NCBI GenBank assembly: GCA_000934665.2
Contig: KZ538474.1
Coordinates: 1 to 64,000 of the forward strand
Source: Catajapyx aquilonaris
Taxonomy: Eukaryota
Direction: 5' to 3'
DNA length: 64,000 nucleotides
Below are positions 1 through 11,595 of the stretch, in pieces. The position numbers and the translations under genes are program-made. Position 1 is the stretch's first letter. Every line of letters starts with the position of its first letter. Below the pieces are notes generated by a model. That model had not been told where the DNA came from and did not search any database. It saw only the letters and a program-made list of their open reading frames with translations.

Positions 1-112
1 ATGCATGGAGGAACGGGTGAGAGTGGGGGATGTGGATATGATTGGCATCATCACTGGCAATAAGTCCGAAGAGATTGAAAATGTGGTGGGTACCGGTGCT
101 GTAGGCCGCAGG

Positions 113-192
113 CCTAGAAAAGAGCGAGCGAAGCGAGCGGTTTTCTAGGCCAGCGCCCTAGGAAAATACGAGCGGAGCGAGGGTTTTCCTAG
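113..192 (+). mobile_element. Two tandem Helitron-like 3' termini (in the STYX intron)
   Basis: CCTAGAAAA-gagcgagcgaagcgagcgg-TTTTCTAGG and CTAGGAAAA-tacgagcggagcgaggg-TTTTCCTAG|T. Hairpins ending in CTAG, with a related copy at 4655-4690. Confidence 0.6.
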
Positions 193-698
193 TGAGTATT
201 TTATTCGAAACAGTGTTCAAAATGTTGATTTTCATTTGTCTCAATTTATGACCCTTTAAAAAAATGTAAGACTGCACTTAAAATTGTGCATGAAATATCT
301 ACTTCAGAATTCTGCAAAATCTGGAGTCTAAATATAATTTTGTTTTATTTTAAGCACATATACTACAACAATAGGGTGAAGGTTATGGCACAAGAGGAAG
401 CCAGGTCATGTGGAATACCTCATATACAAATTCTCCAACATTCTGAGCACTTTCTCTGGTCATCTGAAGTTGGAAAAAGTTTCAAAATTGTTATTTTCAA
501 CTCCAGATTTCTTAAATGGATATACGTAATTAAGAAAAAACTTAGTTACACTTTTTCACCTAATACCATTAGGACCAACCTCAGGAACAATTACCATTAT
601 CTGTGCTAATGCTGAGCCTGAAACCCATCCTTTCTGGAAATTCTACAATGTGCACCAGTGGATGGTGTTTCATGGTATCACTCCATTTTTCCACTGAC

Positions 699-827
699 CT
701 TTGTTTTCATTGCAGCAGAGTATGGACCAAGGTAGAGCCCTGGGATGACCTCCTGCATGCTGCGCCGCATGGTGTATGTCCAATCCTCTGGATCAGCAAT
801 TCTGGGTAGCTCCAGTGGCAGATTCAT
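699..827 (-). CDS. STYX: Serine/threonine/tyrosine-interacting protein (STYX pseudophosphatase), first coding exon; gene continues off the left edge of the window
   Basis: Reverse-strand translation from ATG at 827: MNLPLELPRIADPEDWTYTMRRSMQEVIPGLYLGPYSAAMKTK, then a phase-0 donor AAG|gtcagt at 698. Closely matches the recalled human STYX N-terminus (EEWTYPMRREMQEILPGLFLGPYSSAMKSK). Too short for the ORF track. No downstream STYX exon recognised in 1-698. Confidence 0.9.
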
Positions 828-935
828 CTCTTTCCTCAGTAGAAAGCAAGCAGATGGGTGTGTAGGTTTACAATAAATATACTGATTTTGCGGATTTGCT
901 TAAGTCAACTAGATATAAGGATTACGCAAGCATAA

Positions 936-1157
936 AGGTGGGTTTATACTCCGCCGTAAGGGGCACTACGGCAGCTTACGGCACGCCTGCTGCTGTATCG
1001 CCAGCGCACTACGGCGTGAATTTCAACTCCCTACGGCCGCTGCAAAAGTTGAACGAAATTCAACTTTTCAGCTACGTCATAAGGCCACTACGGCAAAAAA
1101 AAATTGTGGCTCCGCAAAGCGCCGCAATGCTTGCCGTATGTGTCTGAAAGCTGGCTC
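936..1157. mobile_element. PIF/Harbinger-like MITE (degenerate)
   Basis: TAA followed by AGGTGGGTTTATACT at the left, TGTCTGAAAGCTGGCT at the right, an internal palindrome AAAAGTTGAA-cgaaa-TTCAACTTTT, and repeated TACGGC units. Boundaries approximate. Confidence 0.5.
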
Positions 1158-2344
1158 ATAATGCATATTCCCGGAACGATTTGATTTTTGGCCAGCTAAT
1201 ATGATCATTGCCGAGACCCATGGACGTTTTTAGTATTAAAAAATTGAAGTCCAAAATCCGTGGCAGACCGGAGCTGCGGACACCTGGCGGACACCACGGG
1301 TACTAGGAATCCGGCAATGCTTGACATCCAGTACACGTACAGTAGCTAGTATAAACCGCTTGCAGTAGCAGGCTCGCTTTCTTTACGGCGCTACTGCTAC
1401 TTCTCGTCCCTTATGGCGGAGTACAAACCCACCTTAAGGGTTGACCCACTCCAGCAGTCCTATTTACATACATTTTTACCCCTACATGTCATTAGACTAG
1501 TCGCAAACTTGAGGAATGCTTCCCAGCAGTTTTGGTTCAGCGGCTACAAGATTAAATTAGAAAATGATGACTCGATCGAGTATTGTAGTCTTTGTAATGT
1601 AAGAGATGAAGTAGTATTCATCATATCATCTATAACAGCTCATTCCTCAATATTCAGAGAACGAAATACCTAACAGTTATTGTTAATTCCCCACCAGATA
1701 AATTGATGTATGTATGGGACAACCTTAATGCAACTGATGCGTTTTCATTGTATAAATTTTTTTCACAGTTTATAAATTTACTGTTAAAGTTTTGAGATAT
1801 TGAATTGTAAAAATGTGGCTGACTTCTGTAATACAGGACTCTTTCCAAACTACAGAGCTGTTGCGGCTCCAAAATGGAATAAATTAATATTACTTACTGG
1901 GTGTGAGGTGGTCTGTCAGTATGTCCAGTGGTTCTCCTACGGGCCAGCCAAGTGGGATGTCTGGGGTGCAAATTTTGTATGTCACCTTGCTTGAATGGTG
2001 TTGGGATAGGGGCAAGCTTACACTCCCTTCTCCCCTATCCCCAAATTAGCAAGATATCACTTGCTATAAACAGGTCTGTCCAAAACCTAAGAAATGTTTG
2101 GTTTGAATTAGTGGGGGTAACCAAGGTGACTCAAGCCTGGTTTCCACTGGTATAACTTTTGTTCTGGACAAAATGCAAGACATAACAATTTTTTGTTGCT
2201 AGGCGATTAAAAAGTAATAAAGTAATAATAATCAAGTTTGTTTGATTTTGTGGTCAATTTTTGTGCTTCTCATTTTGTGCTCGAAAATTATGCCGGTGGA
2301 AACTGGCCTTAAGGCCTTAAGAAAAGGTCAGAGAGGAAGAAAGC

Positions 2345-2627
2345 CTTTCTTCTTCTTTTTTAAAAAAAATAACGGGTACCCCGTGATAGGCCTCCTTGGG
2401 CCTTTTAGGGGATCATCTTTTCGTAAACCGTCTTTAATCATTGCCTGAACTGCGATAGATTTTGATAGTGGGAAGAAACGGGAGAACCCTGAGAAAACCC
2501 ATGCGAACACGGAGAGAACCCATTGAAACTCTATCCACATAAGTATCCTCTGCCCAATCCAGGGATCGAACTAGGGACCTCACAGGTGGCAGGCTGTGGC
2601 GCTAACCACTACGCCACCGTGTCGCCC
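2345..2627 (-). mobile_element. tRNA-derived SINE with V-domain (V-SINE-like)
   Basis: Minus strand reads GGGCGACACGG-TGGCGTAGTGG (A box)...AGTTCGATCCC (B box), then GAGTTT..GTTCTCTCCGTGTTCGCATGGGTTTTCTCAGGGTTCTCCCGTTTCTTCCCAC, resembling the recalled V-SINE core. A/AAG-rich tail; possible partial TSD GAAGAAAGC (2336-2344 and 2634-2642). Confidence 0.8.
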
Positions 2628-2945
2628 TTTAAAGAAGAAAGCTTTTTGGACTGCAGGAGCAAATGGGAGAACACTTTCAAATCCCACATGAACATGGAGA
2701 TAACCTCTTGAAACCCTTTTCACATGTGAAAATGTCCTCTCAAATTTGAGAAATGAATTCAGCAATAGCCACTACACTACTATGCAAATGTTAGAATGTT
2801 TCTGTCCATTTATTGCTGGAAATATATTGTTTGAAGTGTAACTGATGTATAGAAAGATCAATTAAGAGGTCAACCTCACTTTCTAGACTTCTAGAGCATA
2901 AAAAGCAATATTACAGGAAGAGTCTACAACCCTGTCATTAGACCC

Positions 2946-3144
2946 TCTGCCCAAGTTGAAGATCTAGAAGACTACAGTAGGGGAAAGGTTGATGGTCAAC
3001 ATTGGCAATGTAAACAAAGTATAAAAGACAAAAATTGATCCAAACCTAGTGCCAAGTTGAGATTGAAGTTATAGACTTTGGCCCACGAGTGCCTATTCCA
3101 ACAACTTCTATCCATCTCTCCTCTAGATTGTCAACTTGGGCAGA
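2946..3144. mobile_element. MITE-like element with 23-bp inverted repeats
   Basis: TCTGCCCAAGTTGAagATCTAGA (2946-2968) versus TCTAGATtgTCAACTTGGGCAGA (3122-3144), 21/23 match. No clear TSD. Confidence 0.55.
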
Positions 3145-4147
3145 AGAACACCCGGTACAGGCATACCTTGCTTAACAATGCTTTGCTAATACGGTGCTTG
3201 CCTTCCTCTTACAGTGTACATGTACATCAGCTGCGCATTTCATAATGTATAATTTTGAAACATAGTTTTTTTGCCTCAAGCTATTGCACTCTTAAGGTAA
3301 GTGTACCAGTAATCGCCACTGTACCAGTAATCGACACCGGAGACTGGAACACTTCAAAAATCAAGAGAATACGGCAATACTGAGAGGAAATGAGACATCT
3401 GGTATAATTTCACATTCCTTTGGGACTGCCTGATCGCCTCACATTTACCATTCATGGCCTACTTCATGAATGAGAAGCGCATGATAACATCAACTATGAT
3501 TTTTGCATTGAAGTGATGCTCTTCTTAGCAGATTTGGTAAGAGGTACTATATCGCTCAAAAACATAGAGATGATTTTGCATTTGACTCAAGTACAGCCTG
3601 CAATTGAATCAAATGCAAAATCGTCTCTATGTTTTTGAGCGATATAGTACATAGAAAGTAAAACCTGGCATATAAATAAGTGGAAGCGTTACTTCGGTAT
3701 TTTTTAGTGCAAAGGATGTAAATGTTATATATTTTCCAAATTTTATATCCTTGTGGATCAACCTTATGTAAAGAAAGTTTTAGCAGGGGTGCCAATAAAT
3801 TGGACCCAAAAACAGTTGACATTCCAATAATCGACACAGCGCCAGATTTACCCCCCCAGCCGCCCTTAGGCAGTTGAGATCTGGACACCACCCCTTCCCC
3901 GCATGCCGCTAAAGATTCAATTTGTCTCTCGTGATCATTCCTTTATTTTATTTTATTTTAAAAATCATAGATTCCAAATTACAGCTGACCCCAGAGGGTG
4001 GCTGCCTGTAGGCAATTGACTTTTCTGCCCGGCCATTGGTAAATCAGGCGCTGCAATCGACACTGATGTCAATTTCAGGAACACATAATAATTTTGGGAC
4101 TTACACTTATATGTAACAATACTTTCATAACATTTCGAACTCTACCA

Positions 4148-4690
4148 TCTCTAATATTAAAATCCCAATCAAGATCAGCAGGTAGACAAAGCTGTAGATG
4201 CTGCCCTGCAGGGAGTACTATCTCCGCAGATGGGGGAGATGGAGTGGCACTGCGGTAACGTATGCGCCCACGGATGTAAGGGTCCCGGGTTCGATCCCTA
4301 GCCCAGGCATTCCCCCCTTCATCTCGTGCCGAGTTGGGTCACCTCTGTCATCGTCTTGGGTGGGATTCCTTGAAACTAACCACCCGGGGTAGTTCACAAA
4401 ATGACCATAGCAACGACATTGCACTTGCACTTTGCACATCCTCTCCCAGTCACCCTGCCCGTGGGCCCAGGCACTTTGCAATAAGGTCCTGATGTACACT
4501 AATGGTATATAATAAAGGTCCGTGCTATACCAAGGAGGTCGAGCACTACCCAGATTATTTATTTATTTATTTATTTATTTACTATCTCCGCAGAGAATTT
4601 AATGGCAGGGGGGGGATGGGAAGAGGGAGTATTTTGATGGTTGGGGGATGGGCGCCTAGAAAAATGCGAGCAAAGCAAGGGTGTTTCTAG
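4148..4690 (+). mobile_element. Non-autonomous mini-Helitron interrupted by a SINE
   Basis: A|TCTCTAATATTAAAA 5' end and 3' hairpin CTAGAAA...TTTCTAG|T, i.e. an A^T insertion site with TC...CTAG termini. The 3' end is related to 113-192. Confidence 0.65.
4231..4579 (+). mobile_element. tRNA-derived SINE with (TTTA)n tail and 15-bp TSD
   Basis: A box TGGCACTGCGG, B box GGTTCGATCCC, tail (ATTT)n at 4555-4580, and a perfect direct repeat TACTATCTCCGCAGA at 4216-4230 and 4580-4594. Confidence 0.88.
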
Positions 4691-5732
4691 TAACTTAGCT
4701 GAATTAAGTTACGTTAACCTGGCATGACTTAAAACTGACCCTTCCCTGATGATATTGACACAACAGCAGTAAATACGAAGGGTGTCGGTGTGTCAGAGCT
4801 TACGGCGACCCAACCATTAAAGGCCCTGCGAGGTGTTATTACTGGGACTTGCCTGGTGTCGAACACTGGAACAGTCATCATTTTGGGTGTCGATTACTGG
4901 AGCATTTACACACTTGGATATAACCATTTTTAACGCAAAATGTTCCTGTCTGATGTGGAACGAATATGCACTGGCTGAAAGAGCAAGTTTCAACGATTCA
5001 AACAATATTTTTAAATTGAGCATTTCTTAAATTATTCCCTTTGAAAGAGTGTCGGACATTTATTTTTTTTCTTGCTGATTACTGGTACCCTTATCTTAAT
5101 ATATGATATGTAAACATGTTCTAAGGCTTTTACATGAAATAGCAAGTGAGTGCTTTATGATGTTATTCACATCAGTGGTCTGGAATGCATATAAGTGAGG
5201 TATGCCTGTATATGCAACATGTCCCAACTGCACTTCCATATAATTAGCAATTTCTTGGCACTAACTGCAAGGTGCTTATTTTTTAGTACTTACTGGTACT
5301 TTAAACAGCATCTTTTGTAATGACAACATTAGCTGCTAATGTTACATTGAATGTATCCAACCATTGACTTAGTGCCAGTGCAGTGGGTCAAAAAGTGTCA
5401 CTCTGTTAATCATCAAAACTTTGGTGTGCGTGAATGCTTCATTCAACATAACACTAGGGATTAATAATTTGATAATGCTTAAATGTAATGCTTACGAAGT
5501 AGTTTGGAGCCCAGAAATTGCTAACCACTATGGATTTGGAATACAAGAGCATATTATTTTATTATCACAAGTTGACATGGCCCGAGGGGGTAACCACTTC
5601 GTGGAACTGGTGTACAGGGTCCCTGTGGAACCGGCTTGGAAGCAGTGTACATTTTTTGGGGGAGTGGTTACCCCCTTGACATGGTCTGTACTTTTATCTC
5701 ATGCAAACCTGCACATTAAAAAAAGACATGTA

Positions 5733-5943
5733 CACCCGCGAGCATAAAGATGGAGACGGCAGGCCCTCACCTTCGGCAGGCTGCTCGGCCAATCTCAGCA
5801 ATTACGGTATCAAATATACTGTCATAAATACACGGACACACGCCTGATGCAGCTAACTCAGTCCAAAAATAGTTCATCAATTTGAGTCGGATAAAGAAAT
5901 GTCAAAAAAGGGCCTGCCGTCTCCATCTTTATGCTCGCGGGGG
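5733..5943. mobile_element. MITE with 34-bp TIRs and TA flanks
   Basis: TA|CACCCGCGAGCATAAAGATGGAGACGGCAGGCCC ... GGGCCTGCCGTCTCCATCTTTATGCTCGCGGGGG|TA, with one mismatch. Confidence 0.85.
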
Positions 5944-8900
5944 TACCTCACTGTGTATACTCACTGTTAAATGTCAGGATGTAGAGGTCCTGCAGTCTCG
6001 AGACCCACTGGTTAAACTCTCTCTCTCTCCCCCTCAGTGATGTAAACAAACTTGCTAGCTCACCTTGACAACTGATTTTTGATGGTTACTCAACAGCTAT
6101 TTATTACTGTTTCTCTTAGGGGTCTCCCCCTGTCCAATTCCCGTTAATGTATGTATTCCGATGAAACTCTCACACACCTGTAAAAAGCCTTATTATTGTT
6201 AACTGTTCAATTTTGGAAACAAAACTGTATACATGCCATAACGTGACAGATGCATATCATGATCGCTACCATGTGTAGCCTATGTATTTTTTTACAACCC
6301 TACTGGGTACACAGGTTATTGGGTCTCTTATTTTGTCGTCCACCACTATGATGAGCTGCCTCGTCCCTCTGTGATTAGCCAAATAGTTTGACTTCTTCCC
6401 ACTCCTATGTGAAACGGCTATTGGCGTGGGTCACCATACGTATTGTCACATAGACGAATTTTCAAGTGTCCAGCTCACGCTTCTTCTTGTCCTGATTGCC
6501 TCCTGATTATATCAAAGGCTTGAATTGTGATGTATTCACGACGTGGTACGTTTCCAGGCCTCCTCCGCCGCCGACATGCCCGAAGTCCGAGCCGTCCTCT
6601 CTCTTTGGCTCTTATCCGCTTTTTCCACTCAACTAAAGATGTTGCCAGATGCATTGCGTCTTCCACACTTTCACACCGTTCACACCTGATGTGATAATAT
6701 TTTGTTGTGATTTATATATTATGGATTGTACGTGTTCATTTAGTGTGTGCTACATTAGTTAAGTAAATAATATTTACACGGAAGGTATTGATTTTCGGTG
6801 ATCCCTCAATCTGGCATTATGTGAACATGCGCGGTGCACGCTGCCAGTAGGAGGGCAATTTGAAAATAAATGAACGTAAAAGAACTGAATTCAAGAAATA
6901 AATGTAGAATTTAAAATCTGAGATTATGATAATGACATGAGAGTGTTATGTATATTTTTGCGTCATTGCATTATTTCAAGTACAAGGGTTTTCTGAGATT
7001 CATGCTGTTTTTTTCCATGTAATTCAAGATGGATAAAATACTCCTTTGTGCATCTTGATGTAGGCTAATTGTTATTTGTGATGTCCTTGTACATCGTCAT
7101 TAGGATAAATCATGGAAATGTTTTTTTGTCCTTCTATTGAGGCCTGTTTGCACCACTGAATGTGATAGATGATATACCGGTACATCCTGGCCACAATAAA
7201 CCTAGCAATATATTAATAATAACCATAAATCATTAGTCCATAGTCTAATTTCAGTGTTGTGGCAGGCGTAATTTGTTAGTACATAGTGTCTAGTAACTGT
7301 GCAACTATAGTTGAATATGAAAGCTTGTGGAAGAATACCCTAAAATTAGCATTAGTATAATCTAAAAGTTATTAAGGCTGGGTTGCGTAGCGTTTCTTAT
7401 TACGGTATTATATTTTGTACTGATCAGACTCATTCAAGAATGCCACCAACCACCATGCAGACTGTTGTGCATAAACACAAGCAGACGAATCCAAAGGCAG
7501 CACCAAATTCAACAAGCTCACCTGTATAAGAACGGGCATTAATGTGTGACCAAACAAAATGTACCCTAATGTCCAAACTACGGTCCAAACATAACAATAT
7601 AATGCAAAAACCAGCACACTCTAAAAAAATGTGAGTGAATTTTCACTCTTCTCTTTCAGTAGGCCTACCACTATTTTTGAGTGTAAATCACTTATTCACT
7701 TGAGTGAAAATTTTCACTCAAACTTAGTCATTTCACTCGAATTGAATTGAATTTTCACTCATTTTGATTATAGTGAGCATTCAATTAGAGTAAAACCACA
7801 ATATATTAGTTTTAAGCATTCCATAATTAGGTCACTCGATATTTGAGTGAAACTGCATCTCCCTTCCCCACACTCCCACTTCCACCCTTATGACAAGAAA
7901 CTTTTAAGAAGTCATCTTAGCTCAGTATAGAATATACGTAAACATCTACTCTAACTGCACACAGAATAAAACTATTCATACTTGTATGCCCTATAAAAGG
8001 TAGTGACATTCATTTAAATTATAGCTGGTTTGCACAAAAAGGTCAAATGACCTCATAATTTGTTTTCCTACATTCATGAAGTGTTTGTCCATGCAGATGA
8101 AGTACCGTATTGGCTTGGGTAGTTTTTGCCGCCGACAGCAATGATGGGAAGGTTGCGTTGCACCATCAGACTTATCAGTTATCAATAACCACAGCCTCCA
8201 CAATTGTCACCAACCTGTATCAAAATCGATTATACAGTACCATCACTATTGATACGCCATGTCATGTCATTTCGAAATTAGTTTCCGTGGATTCCTGACC
8301 AAGAGTGGCGGGGATTTACCCAGGGTTTCTTGGCCAACAAAACACTTTTATGAAGCTTTTTGCTAATAAATTTTACGAAATACCACAAGTAATACTTATT
8401 CCAAAAGGGGGAAATCGGAACATCTGACCGAACACATTCCGTTTACTCTTCTTTGGGGAGAGGACTCCAGACAACCAGCCGCAAGCACTGTCAGCCGTCG
8501 ATTATCTCCAAGTAAAGAAAATGCCTCCAAGCAAAAAGGGGTAGTCATCAAGGGTGACCAAAAAATATACAGGCTAACAATCAAATGGTCCGAAAGTGTG
8601 ACAGAAACAAGTTCAAAGGGGGAACATGTAACACGAGTAATTTCAAATTCAGCAAGATAACTTGTCAAGTGGCTAGACCAAAATGGTTCATATATAAGGA
8701 GCATTGGTATAAGTGCGCGACCTCTCCTTGTAGCCTCAGTATATATATATACAGTAATCGTGGCAAATGTAGGAATCTGACGAAGCCGTCAAATTGGGAT
8801 GCCACTGACACCACTGTCCACCTATTTAAAATCCATGACATAGTCCTCGGGTTCAGACGTGAAGGTAAAGCAGATCTTGTGGAGATGCACTATAATTTTG

Positions 8901-11595
8901 GTCTGATAAAATAATGTCAATCCAGCAGAGGAGTTTTACGCTAACCTATTGTGTGCCACCCTTGGGCCTATACAAATACATGCCACAATTAAAAAAGTAA
9001 TGCAATGATGACTTCATGACTTTTTACACTCAACATTTTGAAAAGGTTTTCGTGTCAAAACAGCATTTAAACAGTAGTATGATTGCAGGTTCCCATGGGA
9101 TTAATGAAACACAGATGGCAGCTGGTTGCTTTCAGTGGATACTTTATTTTCAACAAAGTTGTAACAAGAGTAATCACAAATACATGATGCAAAGGCACGC
9201 AAATATTCTCGAATGAAAAATATTCGTTCGTAATATTATTAATAATGGCGCTAAATTGGTGCATGAAAGGCGTCTTGCATGACGCAAGCTTGTCCCATCT
9301 TCCATTTACAGTCATTCCACTTGCAGTGGCGGTGTTCGCCAGGGGGCCAGGGGACTGCCCTCAATGAAAGTCCTTACCCGTGTCCTTACCCTTACTCAGC
9401 CATTAGCAAAAGGTAAAAGTAAGATGAATATTATTTTCCGTCATTTTTGACAACGACATACGGAGATATGCATTTGGTATATGGACAAGGGTTACTCTTC
9501 TATGTGCTTATTTTATGGCTCCGCGTACTTACTGTACTCCTTAACGGGTTTTGCAACGTAGTACGTTACGCATAATGCAATGACGGAGTAGCATTTAGGA
9601 AGTAACTAGTGCATATGTAAGTTATTATTACTCATATGCGATTATATACGCTATACCATGAGAACATAATACAGTATTGTACACTCTCAATAGAAATTGT
9701 TAATGTGGAAGTCTTAGTGCAATACTCTCATCAATACTAGAGAAATAAATTGCTCTACGGGGGGGGGGGGGTGCTCATTTCCTCGGGCCAAGGTTCCTTG
9801 AGATGTTGAAAGGCGAAATTATCCTAATTGATTTTTTGGCTATTTCGAATCCATTACGGAAGTAATCGCATATCAATTTTCGCAACGTCATCTACTTGGA
9901 AGTGGAACATCCTATTATTTACACTCCCCCGACACCGCCGTGTTTTCCGGGTGATTTGACTGACAGGATACTTCATAAAACTCTTGTATGTCTGTGGGTG
10001 ATGTCATGAGAAATGGTATGCGATTCTTTCCATAATGGAGCCGAAAGCCGAAATCAACTAGACCGATAATTTTGTCTTAGAAAATCGCACGTAACCTACG
10101 GCAGCGAGGACGTGAGCAGCTTTTGCACCACCCTGTACGAGATGAACAAATCTGATCGAATCGATAGGTGGAGGTGATCTGCAATACAATCCGCTTACAG
10201 GAATGCGTATATGATGCAACCATTCAGCTTTAAAATTCCCATGCCAATGTTTCCTTATTTCATTGACATTCACGATCATTTATCAGAACATTCGGGGAGG
10301 GTGTTGCGACAATAACAAGAATAGAATGTCCACATAATTGTGCATTTAAAAGATGTGATCAGTATATTAATAGGGTCTAGTAATTGGATAACGTAATTAC
10401 GTCATAAACACACTGCAAGCTACACATTAAATTAAGACAAAGTGGAGCAAAAACCACTGATACATAAACCACAGCCCGTATCAGAATTTTAAGACAACAA
10501 CATGGAAGTCCCAGGGAACAATCCTCTATACGTAGGAAACAATACATCATTTTATACGCATACATGGAAATGTAGGGCACATGAGATAAGTTACTTCAGC
10601 AAACATTTGCTATGTTCATCGTTGCTTTTTAGAAAAATTTTACGTCCTATATAATTATTCTGCTTCTTCTGGCTCCCGTGGGCATGGAAGAGGACATAAA
10701 AGTATCTTACATTCTAAATATTAAAATGTGGTTTAGTATTGAAAGATTTCAAACTCGGTAAAGATAAATAGTGCTTCGTTGTCTATCAATATTATTTTAT
10801 AACCTGCAAAAAATAAAGCCGTAAAATTTATCTGCTCTGGTTTTTAAAATAAGATAGAGCCCTCTATACGCACTGCGTTTGAGGCATTGCTTTCGCAATC
10901 ATATGCAAATATGTGGAGGTGTATAGGCAGCTGATGGAAGTAACTCAGTAAATTCTAAAGTATCAAAGGGTCACCTTATAAGCTGCACAATGTTAATAAA
11001 AATCTGCAAGTAGAACAATGCAAGTGTGTAGAATTCACTAGCCATAAGTGTCTTCCTCAACCGTCACATTCACATTTGCTAATACTGGATGAAACTGGCA
11101 GTTTTGACCAGAGTCGACTCATTCAGAAAGTTCTTTAAATCGGATAATTTTTTTTCTATATGTAAGGTAGACAACAATAAAACTATTACAAGTCAATAAG
11201 TGTAATAGATTCTCAGTGTTAGAAATTGAAGATATTGTTTGAGGCTGATAAATTATTAAAATCCTATGTCAAAATGTAACAGGTTAAAATTATCTGGATG
11301 ATTAGTATTCGACTAATATACAGCATATGCCTAATTATATTCTGGTGTCGAGTAAGATTTATGCGAATTTATGTATATGTCTGAAATGTATTTTGATGGG
11401 TATAACAACTGAACATTATTGTCACCTCACGTGTGCAATAAAAATACCATGTGTAATTTTTTTAAATGCTTATGGCATGTTGCAAAAATTACTTGCCCTA
11501 AGGTATCAATGGCCCAAAGTATTCAGATGGGATTAATAACCTCTACTGTTTGGCAAAATGGTCAACACTATAGCCACAGTATAATTATACTTTCT

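Larger units (their letters stand above)
3296..5095. mobile_element. Non-autonomous TIR DNA transposon flanked by TTAA (Kolobok-like), carrying nested insertions
   Basis: TTAA|GGTAAGTGTACCAGTAATC at the left and GATTACTGGTACCCTTATC|TTAA at the right (17/19 inverted match). Internal copies of the CCAGTAATCGACAC motif occur in both orientations (about 3324, 3823, 4887). Confidence 0.65.

Noticed and set aside
4240..4310. tRNA-like sequences here and at 2555-2627
   Set aside because: These are SINE heads: A/B boxes are followed by a SINE body, tail and (for 4231) a TSD, and no complete cloverleaf is evident.
4735..4790. CTGATGA...CGAAG hammerhead-ribozyme-like motif (also CTGATGAG at about 63689)
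   Set aside because: Lacks the GAAA core and adequate stems I/III.
8396..8914. Possible decayed transposase fragment
   Set aside because: Frames are interrupted and no diagnostic motif could be confirmed.
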